Assembly: GCA_938091145.1 (NCBI GenBank)
Contig: CALKMS010000032.1
Location: forward strand, 1 to 51,259
Source of the DNA: an uncultured bacterium
GTDB lineage: Bacteria > Actinomycetota > Aquicultoria > SKW223 > CALKMS01
Reading direction: 5' to 3'
Length of the DNA stretch: 51,259 bases
Below the pieces are notes generated by a model that was not told where the DNA came from, searched no databases, and was given only the letters and a program-made list of their open reading frames with translations. This document shows positions 17,579 to 28,369 of the stretch, piece by piece. The position numbers and the translations under genes are program-made. Each line of letters starts with the position of its first letter. The stretch's first letter is position 1.

Positions 17579-18325
17579 GTGGTGAAGGAAAAAAGGAGTT
17601 CGTGGTGGAAGGAAAACTCGACTTTTGCTATTCCCGGGTTAATACTCATTTTGCTTTTATTCTATGCTATTTCTTATTCGCGCGGGGGTGAGCTGGTTTT
17701 ATCTACTCCTTCAGCCGCTGAATGTGCTAAGGCTTTAATCAATCAGGCAGAAATGGCTAGCGGCAAGAAGTTTCGTCTGGAAATAGTTGACGAAGGAACT
17801 TTAGAAGTAATAAACAAGAAGAAAGCTGTTGCTTTAATTGCCCCTTTTTCACTTGAGCTTTTCTCGGCAGGTGCTATGCCCATAGCTGTAGATGCTTTGG
17901 TGGCGGTTTCTTATGAAGGTCGGAGTTTAAATCAGGACGAAATTTCCAGTCTTGAAAAAGCTGGAAAGTTTTTTTATCCCCCTAAAGATCTTTGGCCTTT
18001 TTTTAATTATCGAGTAGCTCCTGTTTCCAAAAATCCCTGTATTTTTAATTCTGGAGTTTCAATGGGGAAAGATGCTGTTGCATTAATTCCATGGTCTCAG
18101 GCCCAAAAGAAAGGTTTGAAGGTTGGTGCTTATAATGGAATGATTCCGAGCGAAAATAGCATTTCGGTCTTACAGTATCCACTCTGGTATCAAATCTTTC
18201 TCTTTACATCTGGTAAAGAAGAAACTGAAAAGGCAGGAGTAGGTTTGCTTTTGAAAGCGGCTAGGCAAAAGGGATTTAAAAAATACTTGAGGGAATTAGG
18301 TTTTTATCCTTGGCCGGTGGAGTAA
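17579..18325 (+). CDS. Membrane-anchored periplasmic-binding-protein-like (PstS/PBP2-like) protein, function unknown
   Basis: GTG after GGGAGG. N-terminal TM anchor (FAIPGLILILLLFYAI), then an alpha/beta domain with weak PBP-like character. The family call is tentative. Confidence 0.55.
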   Translation: MVKEKRSSWWKENSTFAIPGLILILLLFYAISYSRGGELVLSTPSAAECAKALINQAEMASGKKFRLEIVDEGTLEVINKKKAVALIAPFSLELFSAGAMPIAVDALVAVSYEGRSLNQDEISSLEKAGKFFYPPKDLWPFFNYRVAPVSKNPCIFNSGVSMGKDAVALIPWSQAQKKGLKVGAYNGMIPSENSISVLQYPLWYQIFLFTSGKEETEKAGVGLLLKAARQKGFKKYLRELGFYPWPVE

Positions 18326-18353
18326 AATCCCGAAAGGACGAGCTAAAGAAAAC

Positions 18354-19001
18354 TTGGAAATTAAAAATAGAGTCAAGGAAATAATTGAACGCTTACTCAG
18401 GACTTATCCGGAAGCAAAAATTGCTTTGAAATTCACCAACCCTCTTGAACTTCTTGTTGCCACTATTCTCTCAGCTCAAACAACTGATAAAAAAGTAAAC
18501 GAAGTCACAGCTTCCCTTTTTAGGAAGTATCGGAAGCCTGAGGACTATGCTCGAGCTGATCTGAAGGAGCTGGAAAACGATGTTAAAGAACTTGGCTTTT
18601 TTCGAAACAAAGCTCGAAATATAAAAATGGCGGCGGAGATGATTGTTCGGGAATTTAAAGGAGAAGTTCCTCAAACAATGGAAGAATTAACTCGGCTGCC
18701 TGGAGTTGCCAGAAAAACTGCCAACATAGTTTTAGCTAATGCGTTTTCGGTAGTTGTTGGCATACCGGTTGATACTCACGTTTTTCGTTTGAGCCATCGT
18801 TTAGGTTTTTCTCAAGAGAAAGACCCGGTTAAGGTTGAAAGGGACTTAATGGAGCTGGTTCCTAAAGAGCACTGGTTTAAGTTTCCCTATCTTTTAATCG
18901 AGCATGGTAGGGCTATCTGTCAAGCTAGGAAGCCAGCTTGTAGTCGATGTGTTTTAAGCGATCTTTGCCCTTCAGCTGGCAAACTTTCAAACTCGGTTTG
19001 A
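18354..19001 (+). CDS. nth: Endonuclease III
   Basis: HhH-GPD (LPGVARKTANIVL, VDTHV) and a C-terminal 4Fe-4S cluster (CQARKPACSRCVLSDLC). Confidence 0.94.
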   Translation: MEIKNRVKEIIERLLRTYPEAKIALKFTNPLELLVATILSAQTTDKKVNEVTASLFRKYRKPEDYARADLKELENDVKELGFFRNKARNIKMAAEMIVREFKGEVPQTMEELTRLPGVARKTANIVLANAFSVVVGIPVDTHVFRLSHRLGFSQEKDPVKVERDLMELVPKEHWFKFPYLLIEHGRAICQARKPACSRCVLSDLCPSAGKLSNSV

Positions 19002-19049
19002 TGGTTTTTTACTTCAAAAGTTTTGACTTCCTTATGTTAAACTAATGCT

Positions 19050-20375
19050 TTGAAGCCAATGGATTTAGCTAGGGTTTTACCTTATACGGCTACGGTAAAC
19101 AACAAAAACCACCTAGTTGTGGGTGGTTGCGACGTGGTCGAGCTTGCTCAGGAATTTGGTACCCCGCTTTTCGTTTACGATGAAGAGACCATCAGGGAAA
19201 ACATTCGTCGGTATAAAGAGGCTTTTGCTTCTCGGACTCAAAATTTCGAAATTGTTTATGCTGGAAAGGCCTTTCTTTGTCAGGCAATCTGCCAGCTTAT
19301 GATGAAAGAGGGACTTAGTATTGATGTTTCTTCTGGTGGAGAAATTTACACAGCTATGAAAGCTAATTTTCCTTCAGAAAGAATTTATTTTCACGGCAAC
19401 AATAAAACCGAAGAAGAGATTGATTTGGCTTTAAGCTACTCAGTTGGGGGAGTTATTGTGGATAGTTTTGATGAAATTGAACTTTTGGAAGAAAAGGTTA
19501 AAAACAGGGGGAAGAAGCTACCGGTTTTTCTGCGCATTACACCTGGAGTTATTCCTTCCACTCACTCTTTTATCCAAACTGGTCAAGTTGATTCCAAGTT
19601 TGGTTTCGGCTTGGCGGGTGGCTTAGCTCTGAAGGCGACTCAAAAAGTGCTTGAAAGCTCCTTTCTTGAATTGAGGGGTTTTCATGTTCACATTGGCTCT
19701 CAAATCTTTCTTCTTCGTTCATATGCTCGGGCGGTGGAGGTTATAATGGGGTTTATAAGTGAGGTGAAGAAAGAGTGCAATTTCGTTACTCGAGAATTGA
19801 ACCTTGGCGGCGGTCTGGGAATTTCCTATCGAACGACTGATGAACCGGCAACCATTGAGGAGTTCGCTGAAGTATTGGTTGAGGGGGTAAAAAGAGAAGG
19901 AGAGAAGCATGGGTTGGAAATACCGAAGATTATGGTTGAACCTGGACGCTCAATTGTTGGTCAGGCAGCAGTTACTATTTATCGAGTAGGGACGGTGAAG
20001 GAAATCCCGGGCATCAGAATTTATGTTTCAGTGGACGGTGGAATGTCTGACAATCTTCGGCCAATGCTTTACGGTGCCGTTTATGAAGCCATTCTAGCTA
20101 ATCGGGTGGAAAATGGAAAGAAGGTGAAGGTAACAGTTGCCGGTAAACACTGCGAGTCGGGTGATATTCTGATTAAAGAAGCTTATCTACCTATGCCTCG
20201 CCGTGGTGATTATTTATGCACACCCTCAACTGGTGCTTATGGGTATGCTATGGCAAATAACTATAATCGGCAGCCGAGACCGGCGGTGGTGATGGTCCGC
20301 GATGGAAAGGCAAGGGTGATTATTGAAAGAGAAAGTTTTGAAGATTTGGTTCGTTTGGATCGACCATATTTTTAG
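19050..20375 (+). CDS. lysA: Diaminopimelate decarboxylase
   Basis: YAGKAF, HVHIGSQ, LNLGGGLGI, CESGD, GAYGY. The start could be ATG 19059. Confidence 0.93.
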   Translation: MKPMDLARVLPYTATVNNKNHLVVGGCDVVELAQEFGTPLFVYDEETIRENIRRYKEAFASRTQNFEIVYAGKAFLCQAICQLMMKEGLSIDVSSGGEIYTAMKANFPSERIYFHGNNKTEEEIDLALSYSVGGVIVDSFDEIELLEEKVKNRGKKLPVFLRITPGVIPSTHSFIQTGQVDSKFGFGLAGGLALKATQKVLESSFLELRGFHVHIGSQIFLLRSYARAVEVIMGFISEVKKECNFVTRELNLGGGLGISYRTTDEPATIEEFAEVLVEGVKREGEKHGLEIPKIMVEPGRSIVGQAAVTIYRVGTVKEIPGIRIYVSVDGGMSDNLRPMLYGAVYEAILANRVENGKKVKVTVAGKHCESGDILIKEAYLPMPRRGDYLCTPSTGAYGYAMANNYNRQPRPAVVMVRDGKARVIIERESFEDLVRLDRPYF

Positions 20376-20397
20376 AAGACAAAGGAGGTAAATTTAT

Positions 20398-21684
20398 TTG
20401 GAAATTGGAGTAGGAATAATTGGTCTGGGAACGGTTGGAGGTTCTGTTTATAAAGTTTTGGCTCAAAACCGGGAAAAAATCGAGAAAGAGGTTGGGCAAC
20501 CAGTTAAGGTAAAAAAAGTTTTTGATCTCAACCAAAGCAGGTATGATGAACTTTCAGTTCCTGAAGAGCAACGTGCTCTTTCGGCGAAGGAAGTTTTAAA
20601 TCGAGACGATATTTCAATCGTTGTTGAGCTTATAGGTAATATTGAGCCTGCGCGCTCTATTATTCTGGAGAGTTTAAAGAGCGGGAAAAGCGTGGTCACT
20701 GCCAATAAGGAGCTTTTAGCCTTGCACGGAGAAGAACTTTTTACAGTTGCTGCTGAGAGTGGTGTTGATTTGCTTTTTGAAGCGAGCGTAGGCGGTGGTA
20801 TACCCATAATTAAGCCTCTTAAGGAATCGTTGACAGGCAATCGAGTTCGGGAGGTAATGGGTATTGTAAATGGTACGACCAACTATATTTTAAGTCGGAT
20901 GAGCGAGGAAGGTTGTAGTTTTTCTGACGCTTTGAAGGAAGCTCAAGAAAAAGGATATGCCGAAGCTGACCCTTCAGCTGATGTAGAAGGGCGGGATGCC
21001 GCTTCAAAGATTGCCATTCTGGCTTCGATAGCTTTTAATTCGCGGATCCTATCTACTCAAGTTTATTGTGAGGGTATTAGGAAGATAACTCCTCAAGACA
21101 TTAAGTATGCTAAGGAGCTTGGCTTTGTCATCAAGCTTCTGGCGGTGGGCAAGGAAGAGAATGGTTTAATCGATGTGCGGGTGCACCCAGCTCTGATACC
21201 CGTTACTCATCCTCTAGCCTCTGTAGAAAAAGTTTATAACGCTATTTATGTGAGAGGGGACGTGGTGGGAGAGGTGATGTTTTTTGGTCCGGGAGCAGGA
21301 GGAATGGCAGCGGCCAGTTCAGTGGTGGGAGACATAATTGAGATTGCTCGAAATTTAAAGTTCGGAAGTTTGGGGAGGATAGGTTGCACTTGTTTCGAGT
21401 CCAAGAAAGTGAGACCAATTGAGGATTTGATAACTCGCTACTATGTTTTGATGGAGGTTCTTGATCGGCCTGGGGTTTTGGCTTCCATAGCTGGGGAGTT
21501 TGGGAAAGCTCAAGTTAGTCTGGCTAGTGTCATTCAGAAAGAAACTTTTGGAGAACGGGCTGAGCTGGTGTTTATGACCCATAAAACTATTGAGAGCTCT
21601 TTTAGGAAAGCCCTTGAGGCGATAAAGGGTTTGCCAGTGGTTAACGAAGTCAAAAATGTAATAAGAGTTGAAGGAGAAGAATGA
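20398..21684 (+). CDS. hom: Homoserine dehydrogenase (with C-terminal ACT domain)
   Basis: [40 protein letters not shown], and an ACT-like tail. Confidence 0.94.
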   Translation: MEIGVGIIGLGTVGGSVYKVLAQNREKIEKEVGQPVKVKKVFDLNQSRYDELSVPEEQRALSAKEVLNRDDISIVVELIGNIEPARSIILESLKSGKSVVTANKELLALHGEELFTVAAESGVDLLFEASVGGGIPIIKPLKESLTGNRVREVMGIVNGTTNYILSRMSEEGCSFSDALKEAQEKGYAEADPSADVEGRDAASKIAILASIAFNSRILSTQVYCEGIRKITPQDIKYAKELGFVIKLLAVGKEENGLIDVRVHPALIPVTHPLASVEKVYNAIYVRGDVVGEVMFFGPGAGGMAAASSVVGDIIEIARNLKFGSLGRIGCTCFESKKVRPIEDLITRYYVLMEVLDRPGVLASIAGEFGKAQVSLASVIQKETFGERAELVFMTHKTIESSFRKALEAIKGLPVVNEVKNVIRVEGEE

Positions 21685-22739
21685 GCTGGCCCGGTGTGAT
21701 AGAAAAATACCGTTTTTACCTTCCAGTCACTCCTTCAACTCCTGTTGTTACTCTGCACGAAGGTGGGACTCCTTTAATTCCTTCTAAGGCATTGAGCCGC
21801 GATCTAAATCTGAGGATTTATTACAAGTTTGAAGGCCTCAACCCTACTGGTTCGTTTAAGGATCGGGGTATGACTGTTGCTATTAGCAAAGCAGTGGAGG
21901 AAGGAGCTAAAGCTGTGATTTGTGCTTCGACTGGTAACACCTCAGCTTCGGCTGCCGCTTATGCAGCCAGAGCTGGCCTTAAATGCTTTGTTCTCATTCC
22001 GGAAGGAAAAATAGCGCGTGGAAAGCTCGTTCAAGCCTTAATGCATCACGCGGTAGTAATTGGCATAAAAGGTAATTTTGACCAAGCTCTTGCTCTAGTT
22101 CGCCGTCTTTCAGCTGATTATCCTTTAAGTTTAGTTAATTCTTTGAATCCTCACAGAATTGAAGGCCAAAAAACGGCTGCTTTTGAAGTTTGCGATGACC
22201 TTGATGACTCGCCGGATTATTTATTTATACCGGTAGGCAACGCCGGAAACATCACTGCTTACTGGAAAGGTTTTAAGGAATACTTCGAAAGGGGAGCTAT
22301 CACGAAGAAACCGCGCTTATTTGGTTTTCAAGCAGCTGGGGCTGCCCCTTTGGTTTTGGGACATCCGGTAGAAAGGCCTGAAACAGTGGCGACCGCGATC
22401 AGAATAGGGAAGCCAGCCAGGGGCGAGGAAGCACTTCAGGCAGCGCGCGAATCCGGAGGAGAAATCGACATGGTAACGGATGAAGAAATACTTAAGGCTT
22501 ATCATTTTTTAGCAGAGAAAGAAGGCCTTTTTGTTGAACCGGCTTCAGCTGCTTCAGTTGCGGGCTTATTGAAAAAATTTTCTCAAGGGGTAGTCCCCCC
22601 AGGGGCCCAAATAGTTTGCGTGTTGACGGGGTGCGGCCTAAAAGATCCTGATACAGCTTTGAAAGTCAAGATGGAGATGAATATTGTAGAAAGCGAAGAA
22701 GAAACTAAGAAGTTGATTTTGAAGGAAATGAAATGGTAA
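21681..22739 (+). CDS. thrC: Threonine synthase
   Basis: [13 protein letters not shown]-lysine motif, [20 protein letters not shown] overlap with hom. Confidence 0.94.
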   Translation: MSWPGVIEKYRFYLPVTPSTPVVTLHEGGTPLIPSKALSRDLNLRIYYKFEGLNPTGSFKDRGMTVAISKAVEEGAKAVICASTGNTSASAAAYAARAGLKCFVLIPEGKIARGKLVQALMHHAVVIGIKGNFDQALALVRRLSADYPLSLVNSLNPHRIEGQKTAAFEVCDDLDDSPDYLFIPVGNAGNITAYWKGFKEYFERGAITKKPRLFGFQAAGAAPLVLGHPVERPETVATAIRIGKPARGEEALQAARESGGEIDMVTDEEILKAYHFLAEKEGLFVEPASAASVAGLLKKFSQGVVPPGAQIVCVLTGCGLKDPDTALKVKMEMNIVESEEETKKLILKEMKW

Positions 22740-23635
22740 AAACAGTTGTTCCGGGTTCCACATCTAATCTTGGTTCTGGCTTTGATGTGTTTGGCTTAGC
22801 TTTACCTTTGTTTTTAGAACTTGAGTTTCAATTCAGTTCCCAATATGAAATTGTCGCTGAAGGAGAAGGTGCCGATACTTTGCCATTAAATACTCGCAAT
22901 CTAATCTTTCGCACTTTCGAGTTTTTCTGCATGAAGTTGGGAAAGAAACCAGTGCCACTTCAGGTTAGGATTCAGAATGAAATTCCTTTGACTCGAGGCT
23001 TGGGTAGCAGTGCGGCGGCAATCGTCGGTTCGCTAATTGCTGCTAATAAACTGTACCGAACTGAACTGAGTTTGAGAGATATTTTTCAATTAGCGGCAGA
23101 GTATGAAGGGCATCCTGACAATGTAAGCGCAAGTTTATTTGGCGGGTTTACCATTTCTTACCAGGTTGGTAATGCTTATGAAACGCGTAGTTATAAACTG
23201 CATCCTGATCTCCGAGTTTTTTTGTTGATTCCTCCGACTGGACTTTCTACCCATGAAGCTCGTGGGGTTTTGCCTGAAACAGTGAGACTTGATGATGCTA
23301 TTTTTAACCTTTCAAGAGCATCTCTCCTTGCCCTTTCTTTGATTAGGGGCGACTGGGGCGACATAAAGGAAGCAATGAAAGATAAACTTCATCAACCTTA
23401 TCGTCAGAAATTGATACCACAACTTTCAGATTTGCTGACTCACCTTAACAACCTTTCGGCTGTGCTTGGTGCTTCTTTGAGTGGCGCGGGGCCTGCCTTG
23501 GTTGGTTTTTACAAAAAAACAGATGAAGAAAGTTTGAAAGCAGATATTCAGTGCCTTTTGAATCAAAAAAAGCTGAATTACAAGCTAAAATTTTTGAGGA
23601 TAGAAGAAAAAGGCGCTACCATAATAGAGGATTGA
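22733..23635 (+). CDS. thrB: Homoserine kinase
   Basis: GHMP kinase motifs ([31 protein letters not shown]). Confidence 0.93.
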   Translation: MVKTVVPGSTSNLGSGFDVFGLALPLFLELEFQFSSQYEIVAEGEGADTLPLNTRNLIFRTFEFFCMKLGKKPVPLQVRIQNEIPLTRGLGSSAAAIVGSLIAANKLYRTELSLRDIFQLAAEYEGHPDNVSASLFGGFTISYQVGNAYETRSYKLHPDLRVFLLIPPTGLSTHEARGVLPETVRLDDAIFNLSRASLLALSLIRGDWGDIKEAMKDKLHQPYRQKLIPQLSDLLTHLNNLSAVLGASLSGAGPALVGFYKKTDEESLKADIQCLLNQKKLNYKLKFLRIEEKGATIIED

Positions 23636-25866
23636 TGAAGCGACCAGAAATCAAAGAGAAAAAAATTATTTCCCCAGAAGGAGAAGAGTTTGAAGTTGAT
23701 TACGAGACCACCTTTCGCTTTTTAAATCAAGGCGTCTCTCTGGCTTTAGGTGAAGTTAAAGAAGGTCGTTTAAGCATAAAAGAAGGAGAGTGTTTTCTCT
23801 ATACTAATCTTGAAGGCGATATTCCAATTGTAAACCGGGGAGGTTTTGGATTTTATTATCGTGATACCCGCTTTTTAAGTGCTTATGAACTTCGAGTGGC
23901 AGGGAGTCATCCCGTTTTACTTCATTCAACAGCTGAAAGAAATTATCTTGGTCATGTTGAAGGAACAAATGTCGAGATTAATTACGACGGCATTTTAATC
24001 CCTCAGCATACTATCAATATTCGACGATTAAGAGCTATAAAAAGAGTTTTGTACGAACGATTGAGATTGAAGAACTATAATTCCTTTATTGTCAAAGTTC
24101 CTCTGGAATTTGAATTTGGAGCCGATTTTGCTGATATTTTTGAAGTAAGAGGCTTAAAAAGGAAAAGAAGGGGAACTTATTTGAAGCCAAAGGTATGTCC
24201 GGGAGGGATAATTTTTGCTTACATGGGAGAGGATGAAGTGTTCCGGCAACTGAGGATTAAGTGGGGGCAAGAGCCAAAAAGTATTATTTTTACGCCCGAA
24301 ACGGTGAAGGTTTTCTTTGAAATTGAGATAGGTCCTCAAGGTCGGTTTTTGCTTGATCTTTCTTTTGAACCATCAATTGGAGGTGTTCGGAGAAAGATCA
24401 AGTCTTTTAATGAAGTAGTGGCTCATTTGAGAAGATCTTATTTGGAATGGGAGAGAAACTCGGTTCGGTTGACAACTGATAACCAGCTTTTCAATATCGT
24501 TCTGGAGAAAGCCAGCAACGATTTGCGACAGCTTTACACCCCTACTTATATGGGTGAAATTATCTATGCTGGTATTCCTTGGTTTGCTGCTCCCTTTGGC
24601 CGCGATTCACTAATCTCGGCTCTTCAGGCTTTGCCTTTTAAACCCTCTTTAGCAAAAGGAACTCTTTCCTTCTGCGCCCGCTTTCAAGGAAAAGAGTTTA
24701 ATCCTGAAAGAGATGAGGAACCTGGGAAGATTTTTCACGAAATACGACAAGGTGAATTAGCAAATTTGCGTCAGATTCCTCAAACTCCGTATTATGGTTC
24801 GGTTGACTCAACTCCTTTGTTTTTAATTTTAGCCAGCGAGTATCTTAAATGGACCGGAGACGAGAACTTCATTAAGAGCATTATGAGCAACATTTTGTTG
24901 GCTTTTGAATGGCTGGAAAAGTTTGGCGATGTGGATAAAGATGGTTTGATTGAGTATCAGTGTCGATCAAAAAAAGGTCTTTTCAATCAGGGCTGGAAGG
25001 ACTCTTGGGATGCTATTATCGAGGACGGTAAGCAACCGCAACCTCCTATTGCTTTGGTTGAAGTTCAGGGCTATGCCTATAAAGCTTATTTGAGCTGGTC
25101 GAACTGGTTTAACCGCTGGGGTGATAAGGAAAAAGCTAAGAAGTTAGAAGGTAAAGCCGAAGAAATAAGAAAAAAATTTGAAGAGTTTTTCTGGCAAGAA
25201 GAGCGTAATTTTTATGCTTTGGCTTTAGATGGCAATAAGAGGCCGATAAAAACTGTGACTTCAAATCCAGGACATTGTTTGTGGGCGGAGATTGTGTCTC
25301 AAGAAAGAGCTTTTTGGATTGCGCGAAGACTTTTATTACCTGATATGTTTTCTGGATGGGGAATCCGAACAGTTAGTAAGGCTGAAAGGGTTTATAACCC
25401 TATGGGTTATCATACGGGGACAGTTTGGCCTCATGATAACTCTCTGATAATTGCCGGTCTAAAAAAATATGGCTTCGAGGACGAAGCAGTGGTGGTAGCC
25501 AATGGCTTGTATGAGATGGTATCACGTCATCCGCAACTCCGTTTTCCCGAGCTTTTTTGTGGTTTTACTCGGCGGGGCAATAATTATCCTGTTTCCTATC
25601 CGGTTGCTTGTTTGCCTCAGGCATGGGCAGCAGGAAGTGTTTTTATGATTTTGTTTTCTCTCCTTGGTTTGGAAGCATACGCTTCCAAAAATCTTCTTGT
25701 CATCAGACCAACCTTACCTCCTTGGTTGAACTGGGTCAAGATTTCTAATTTAGGAGTGGGAGAGAATAAAGTGGACTTGATGGTGAGGCGGGAGGGAAAT
25801 TCGATAAAGGTAGAAGAGTTAGAAGTAGAGGGCAGTTTGTTTATAATAAAAGAAGTAAAGGAGTAG
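23635..25866 (+). CDS. Amylo-alpha-1,6-glucosidase/glycogen-debranching-family (GDE_N_bis + GDE_C, six-hairpin glycosidase) protein
   Basis: ATG 23635 (TGATG overlap with thrB, AGAGGA SD) is preferred over the track's 23551. Motifs GIPWFAAPFGRDSLI, GKIFHE, QGWKDSWD, VEVQGYAY and GTVWPHDN. Confidence 0.85.
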   Translation: MKRPEIKEKKIISPEGEEFEVDYETTFRFLNQGVSLALGEVKEGRLSIKEGECFLYTNLEGDIPIVNRGGFGFYYRDTRFLSAYELRVAGSHPVLLHSTAERNYLGHVEGTNVEINYDGILIPQHTINIRRLRAIKRVLYERLRLKNYNSFIVKVPLEFEFGADFADIFEVRGLKRKRRGTYLKPKVCPGGIIFAYMGEDEVFRQLRIKWGQEPKSIIFTPETVKVFFEIEIGPQGRFLLDLSFEPSIGGVRRKIKSFNEVVAHLRRSYLEWERNSVRLTTDNQLFNIVLEKASNDLRQLYTPTYMGEIIYAGIPWFAAPFGRDSLISALQALPFKPSLAKGTLSFCARFQGKEFNPERDEEPGKIFHEIRQGELANLRQIPQTPYYGSVDSTPLFLILASEYLKWTGDENFIKSIMSNILLAFEWLEKFGDVDKDGLIEYQCRSKKGLFNQGWKDSWDAIIEDGKQPQPPIALVEVQGYAYKAYLSWSNWFNRWGDKEKAKKLEGKAEEIRKKFEEFFWQEERNFYALALDGNKRPIKTVTSNPGHCLWAEIVSQERAFWIARRLLLPDMFSGWGIRTVSKAERVYNPMGYHTGTVWPHDNSLIIAGLKKYGFEDEAVVVANGLYEMVSRHPQLRFPELFCGFTRRGNNYPVSYPVACLPQAWAAGSVFMILFSLLGLEAYASKNLLVIRPTLPPWLNWVKISNLGVGENKVDLMVRREGNSIKVEELEVEGSLFIIKEVKE

Positions 25867-25868
25867 GA

Positions 25869-26795
25869 TTGGAAGTGGAGAAGAAAAAAAAGTGGTGGTT
25901 GATAGGGTGTTCATCCGCTTTAATCTTGTTTTTTTTGTTTTTATTTTTGCCTTTTTACTTTTTATTTGTTTTTTTTAAGAAGCCTTTTTTTTCTCGAAAG
26001 CTTTCGGCAGGCGGCTCAGTGGCTTTGATTAGAGTTGAAGGCGAAATTTCTGCTTCTCAAGATGGCCTTAGTGGGATAACACCTGAAAAAATAATTGAGC
26101 AACTCCGCTGGGCAGAAAAAGATGACAGTATTAAGGCTATCCTTTTGCGGATTAATAGTCCTGGTGGAACAGCCGCCGCTTCACAGGAAATATTTACTGA
26201 ACTTAAAAGGGCGAAAAAACCCGTGGTGGCTTCAATCGCCGATATTGGGGCGTCTGGTGCTTACTGGGTTGCTTGTGGAGCCGATAAAATTGTTGCCTCT
26301 CCTTCTTCGGCTGTTGGTAGTATTGGGGTTATAATAACCCTTCCAAACTTTAAGGGTTTACTTGATAAATTGGGAGTAAGTTACATAGTTATCACTAAAG
26401 GAAAATATAAGGACATTGGCAATCCAGCTAGGCCGTTAACGGAAGAGGAGCGAAAAGTTCTTGATGAGCAGGCTGAAGTGATCTACCGAGATTTTATTGA
26501 AAATGTGGCAGAGAGTCGTAATTTATCTTTGGAGGAGGTAGAAAAGTACGCTACCGGTCTAACTTATCTTGGCAGTCAGGCTAAGGAAATGGGGCTTGTT
26601 GACCAGCTTGGTAACTATACTGATGCCGTGAAGTTAGCGGCGAAGTTGGGGAAAATTAAAGGAGAACCAGAAGTCGAAGAGTATGAAGAACCGTTTGACT
26701 TGAGATATCTTCGGCACATTTTCAATTTAATGAAATCAGGAATTGATTTTAAGCGGTTTTTCTCAGGTTCTCACCAACCGATCTTTTTGCCTTAA
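25869..26795 (+). CDS. sppA: Signal peptide peptidase SppA (36K type, S49)
   Basis: N-terminal TM, LRINSPGGTAAAS, ASGAYWVA, GSIGV, KGKYKD. Confidence 0.9.
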   Translation: MEVEKKKKWWLIGCSSALILFFLFLFLPFYFLFVFFKKPFFSRKLSAGGSVALIRVEGEISASQDGLSGITPEKIIEQLRWAEKDDSIKAILLRINSPGGTAAASQEIFTELKRAKKPVVASIADIGASGAYWVACGADKIVASPSSAVGSIGVIITLPNFKGLLDKLGVSYIVITKGKYKDIGNPARPLTEEERKVLDEQAEVIYRDFIENVAESRNLSLEEVEKYATGLTYLGSQAKEMGLVDQLGNYTDAVKLAAKLGKIKGEPEVEEYEEPFDLRYLRHIFNLMKSGIDFKRFFSGSHQPIFLP

Positions 26796-26909
26796 AACTT
26801 AATTGTTTTTTTACTTCGTCGTATAATTAAGGTGTTGAGATTATAATTGATAGTGTTGGAATATCATGTGTAAGTTTTGAGATAATCGGTATTTGGGAGG
26901 ATTATAAAG

Positions 26910-27791
26910 ATGGAAAAAGGGAGTTACCGTTTAAAGACAGGTTTGGCTGAAATGCTCAAAGGCGGTGTGATAATGGATGTTACCAATGCTGAACAAGCAA
27001 AGATAGCTGAAGACGCTGGTGCGGTGTCCGTCATGGCTTTGGAAAGGGTGCCGGCTGATATTCGAGCGGCGGGCGGTGTGGCAAGAATGGCTGATCCAGC
27101 GATCATCGAAGAGATTATGGGTGCTGTTTCTATCCCGGTGATGGCGAAAGTTCGGATTGGTCATTTTGTTGAGGCGCAAATTTTAGAAGCTATAGGTGTT
27201 GACTTTATAGACGAGAGCGAAGTGTTAACCCCAGCTGACGAAGAGCATCATATTGATAAGCACAAATTTAGTGTCCCTTTTGTTTGTGGCTGCCGTAATT
27301 TGGGTGAAGCTTTAAGAAGAATAGGTGAGGGTGCAGCAATGATAAGGACAAAAGGCGAAGCCGGTACTGGAAATGTGGTTGAAGCGGTCAGGCATATGAG
27401 GGCAGTAATGGGGGAAATCCGACGAATCACTTCTCTATCTGATGAGGAAATAATGAAAGTGGCTAAAGAGCTGCAGGCGCCATATGAGTTAGTAAAAAAG
27501 GTTAAAGAGCTTGGCCGGTTGCCAGTGGTTAATTTTGCGGCAGGCGGGATTGCAACTCCAGCTGATGCTGCATTAATGATGCAGCTTGGTGCTGATGGCG
27601 TTTTTGTTGGATCAGGAATTTTTAAGTCGGAGAACCCTCCCCTTTACGCTAAAGCAATTGTTGAGGCTGTTGCTCACTATGATGACCCTGATGTTCTAGC
27701 TCGAGTGTCTCGAAGACTTGGTCAGCCAATGAAGGGCTTAGATGTCAAAGTTCTGTCTCAAGAAGAACTTTTACAGGTGCGAGGTTGGTAA
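26910..27791 (+). CDS. pdxS: Pyridoxal 5'-phosphate synthase subunit PdxS
   Basis: [49 protein letters not shown]. Confidence 0.97.
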   Translation: MEKGSYRLKTGLAEMLKGGVIMDVTNAEQAKIAEDAGAVSVMALERVPADIRAAGGVARMADPAIIEEIMGAVSIPVMAKVRIGHFVEAQILEAIGVDFIDESEVLTPADEEHHIDKHKFSVPFVCGCRNLGEALRRIGEGAAMIRTKGEAGTGNVVEAVRHMRAVMGEIRRITSLSDEEIMKVAKELQAPYELVKKVKELGRLPVVNFAAGGIATPADAALMMQLGADGVFVGSGIFKSENPPLYAKAIVEAVAHYDDPDVLARVSRRLGQPMKGLDVKVLSQEELLQVRGW

Positions 27792-28369
27792 TGAGAATTG
27801 GCGTTCTAGCATTTCAAGGTGATGTTCGAGAGCATATACAGGCAATAGAAAAAGCTGGTGGGAAAGCTATGCCTGTTAAACGGGCGGTTGAGATAAGTAA
27901 ATTAGATGGCTTGATCATTCCGGGGGGCGAAAGCACTACAATCGCTAGATTCATTAAGGAAGAAGGCTTGACTGAACCTATAAGAGCTCAAGTGAGCAGT
28001 GGCATGCCCATCTATGGAACTTGCGCGGGTCTAATTATTTTAGCCCGCCGAGTGGAAAATAACGCTGTGTTTTCACTGAAAATACTTGATGTTGAGGTAA
28101 AAAGGAACGCCTACGGTCGCCAAAGGGAAAGTTTCGAAGACGAAATCGAAGTCGAAGGATTTGAAACTCCTTATCGCGGAGTTTTCATTAGGGCTCCATT
28201 GATAAGCAAGGTTGGGCCTCAAGTTAAAGTTTTGGCTCGCTATCAAGGTAAGCCTGTTTTGGTTTTAGAAAAGAATGTTCTGGCAAGCACTTTTCATCCC
28301 GAACTAACATCGGATGACCGTATCCATCGACTTTTTTTGAGTTTAATTGACGGGAGCAAAAAAAGCTAA
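27791..28369 (+). CDS. pdxT: Pyridoxal 5'-phosphate synthase glutaminase subunit PdxT
   Basis: [31 protein letters not shown] 27791 (TAATG overlap with pdxS) is preferred over TTG 27785. Confidence 0.94.
   Translation: MRIGVLAFQGDVREHIQAIEKAGGKAMPVKRAVEISKLDGLIIPGGESTTIARFIKEEGLTEPIRAQVSSGMPIYGTCAGLIILARRVENNAVFSLKILDVEVKRNAYGRQRESFEDEIEVEGFETPYRGVFIRAPLISKVGPQVKVLARYQGKPVLVLEKNVLASTFHPELTSDDRIHRLFLSLIDGSKKS

Noticed and set aside
20463-20882. Long antisense ORFs inside housekeeping genes, for example 139 aa in hom, 125 aa in gatB (9028..9405), 125 aa in nusA (10702..11079) and 125 aa in the nucleotidyltransferase gene (48583..48960).
   Set aside because: Each is fully embedded opposite a gene with clear family motifs, and none has a start context or recognisable motifs. 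They are typical shadow ORFs.
23551-23634. The 28-codon extension of the debranching-enzyme ORF into thrB.
   Set aside because: ATG 23635 has an SD (AGAGGA) and the common TGATG stop/start overlap. The upstream part is just the alternative frame of thrB.
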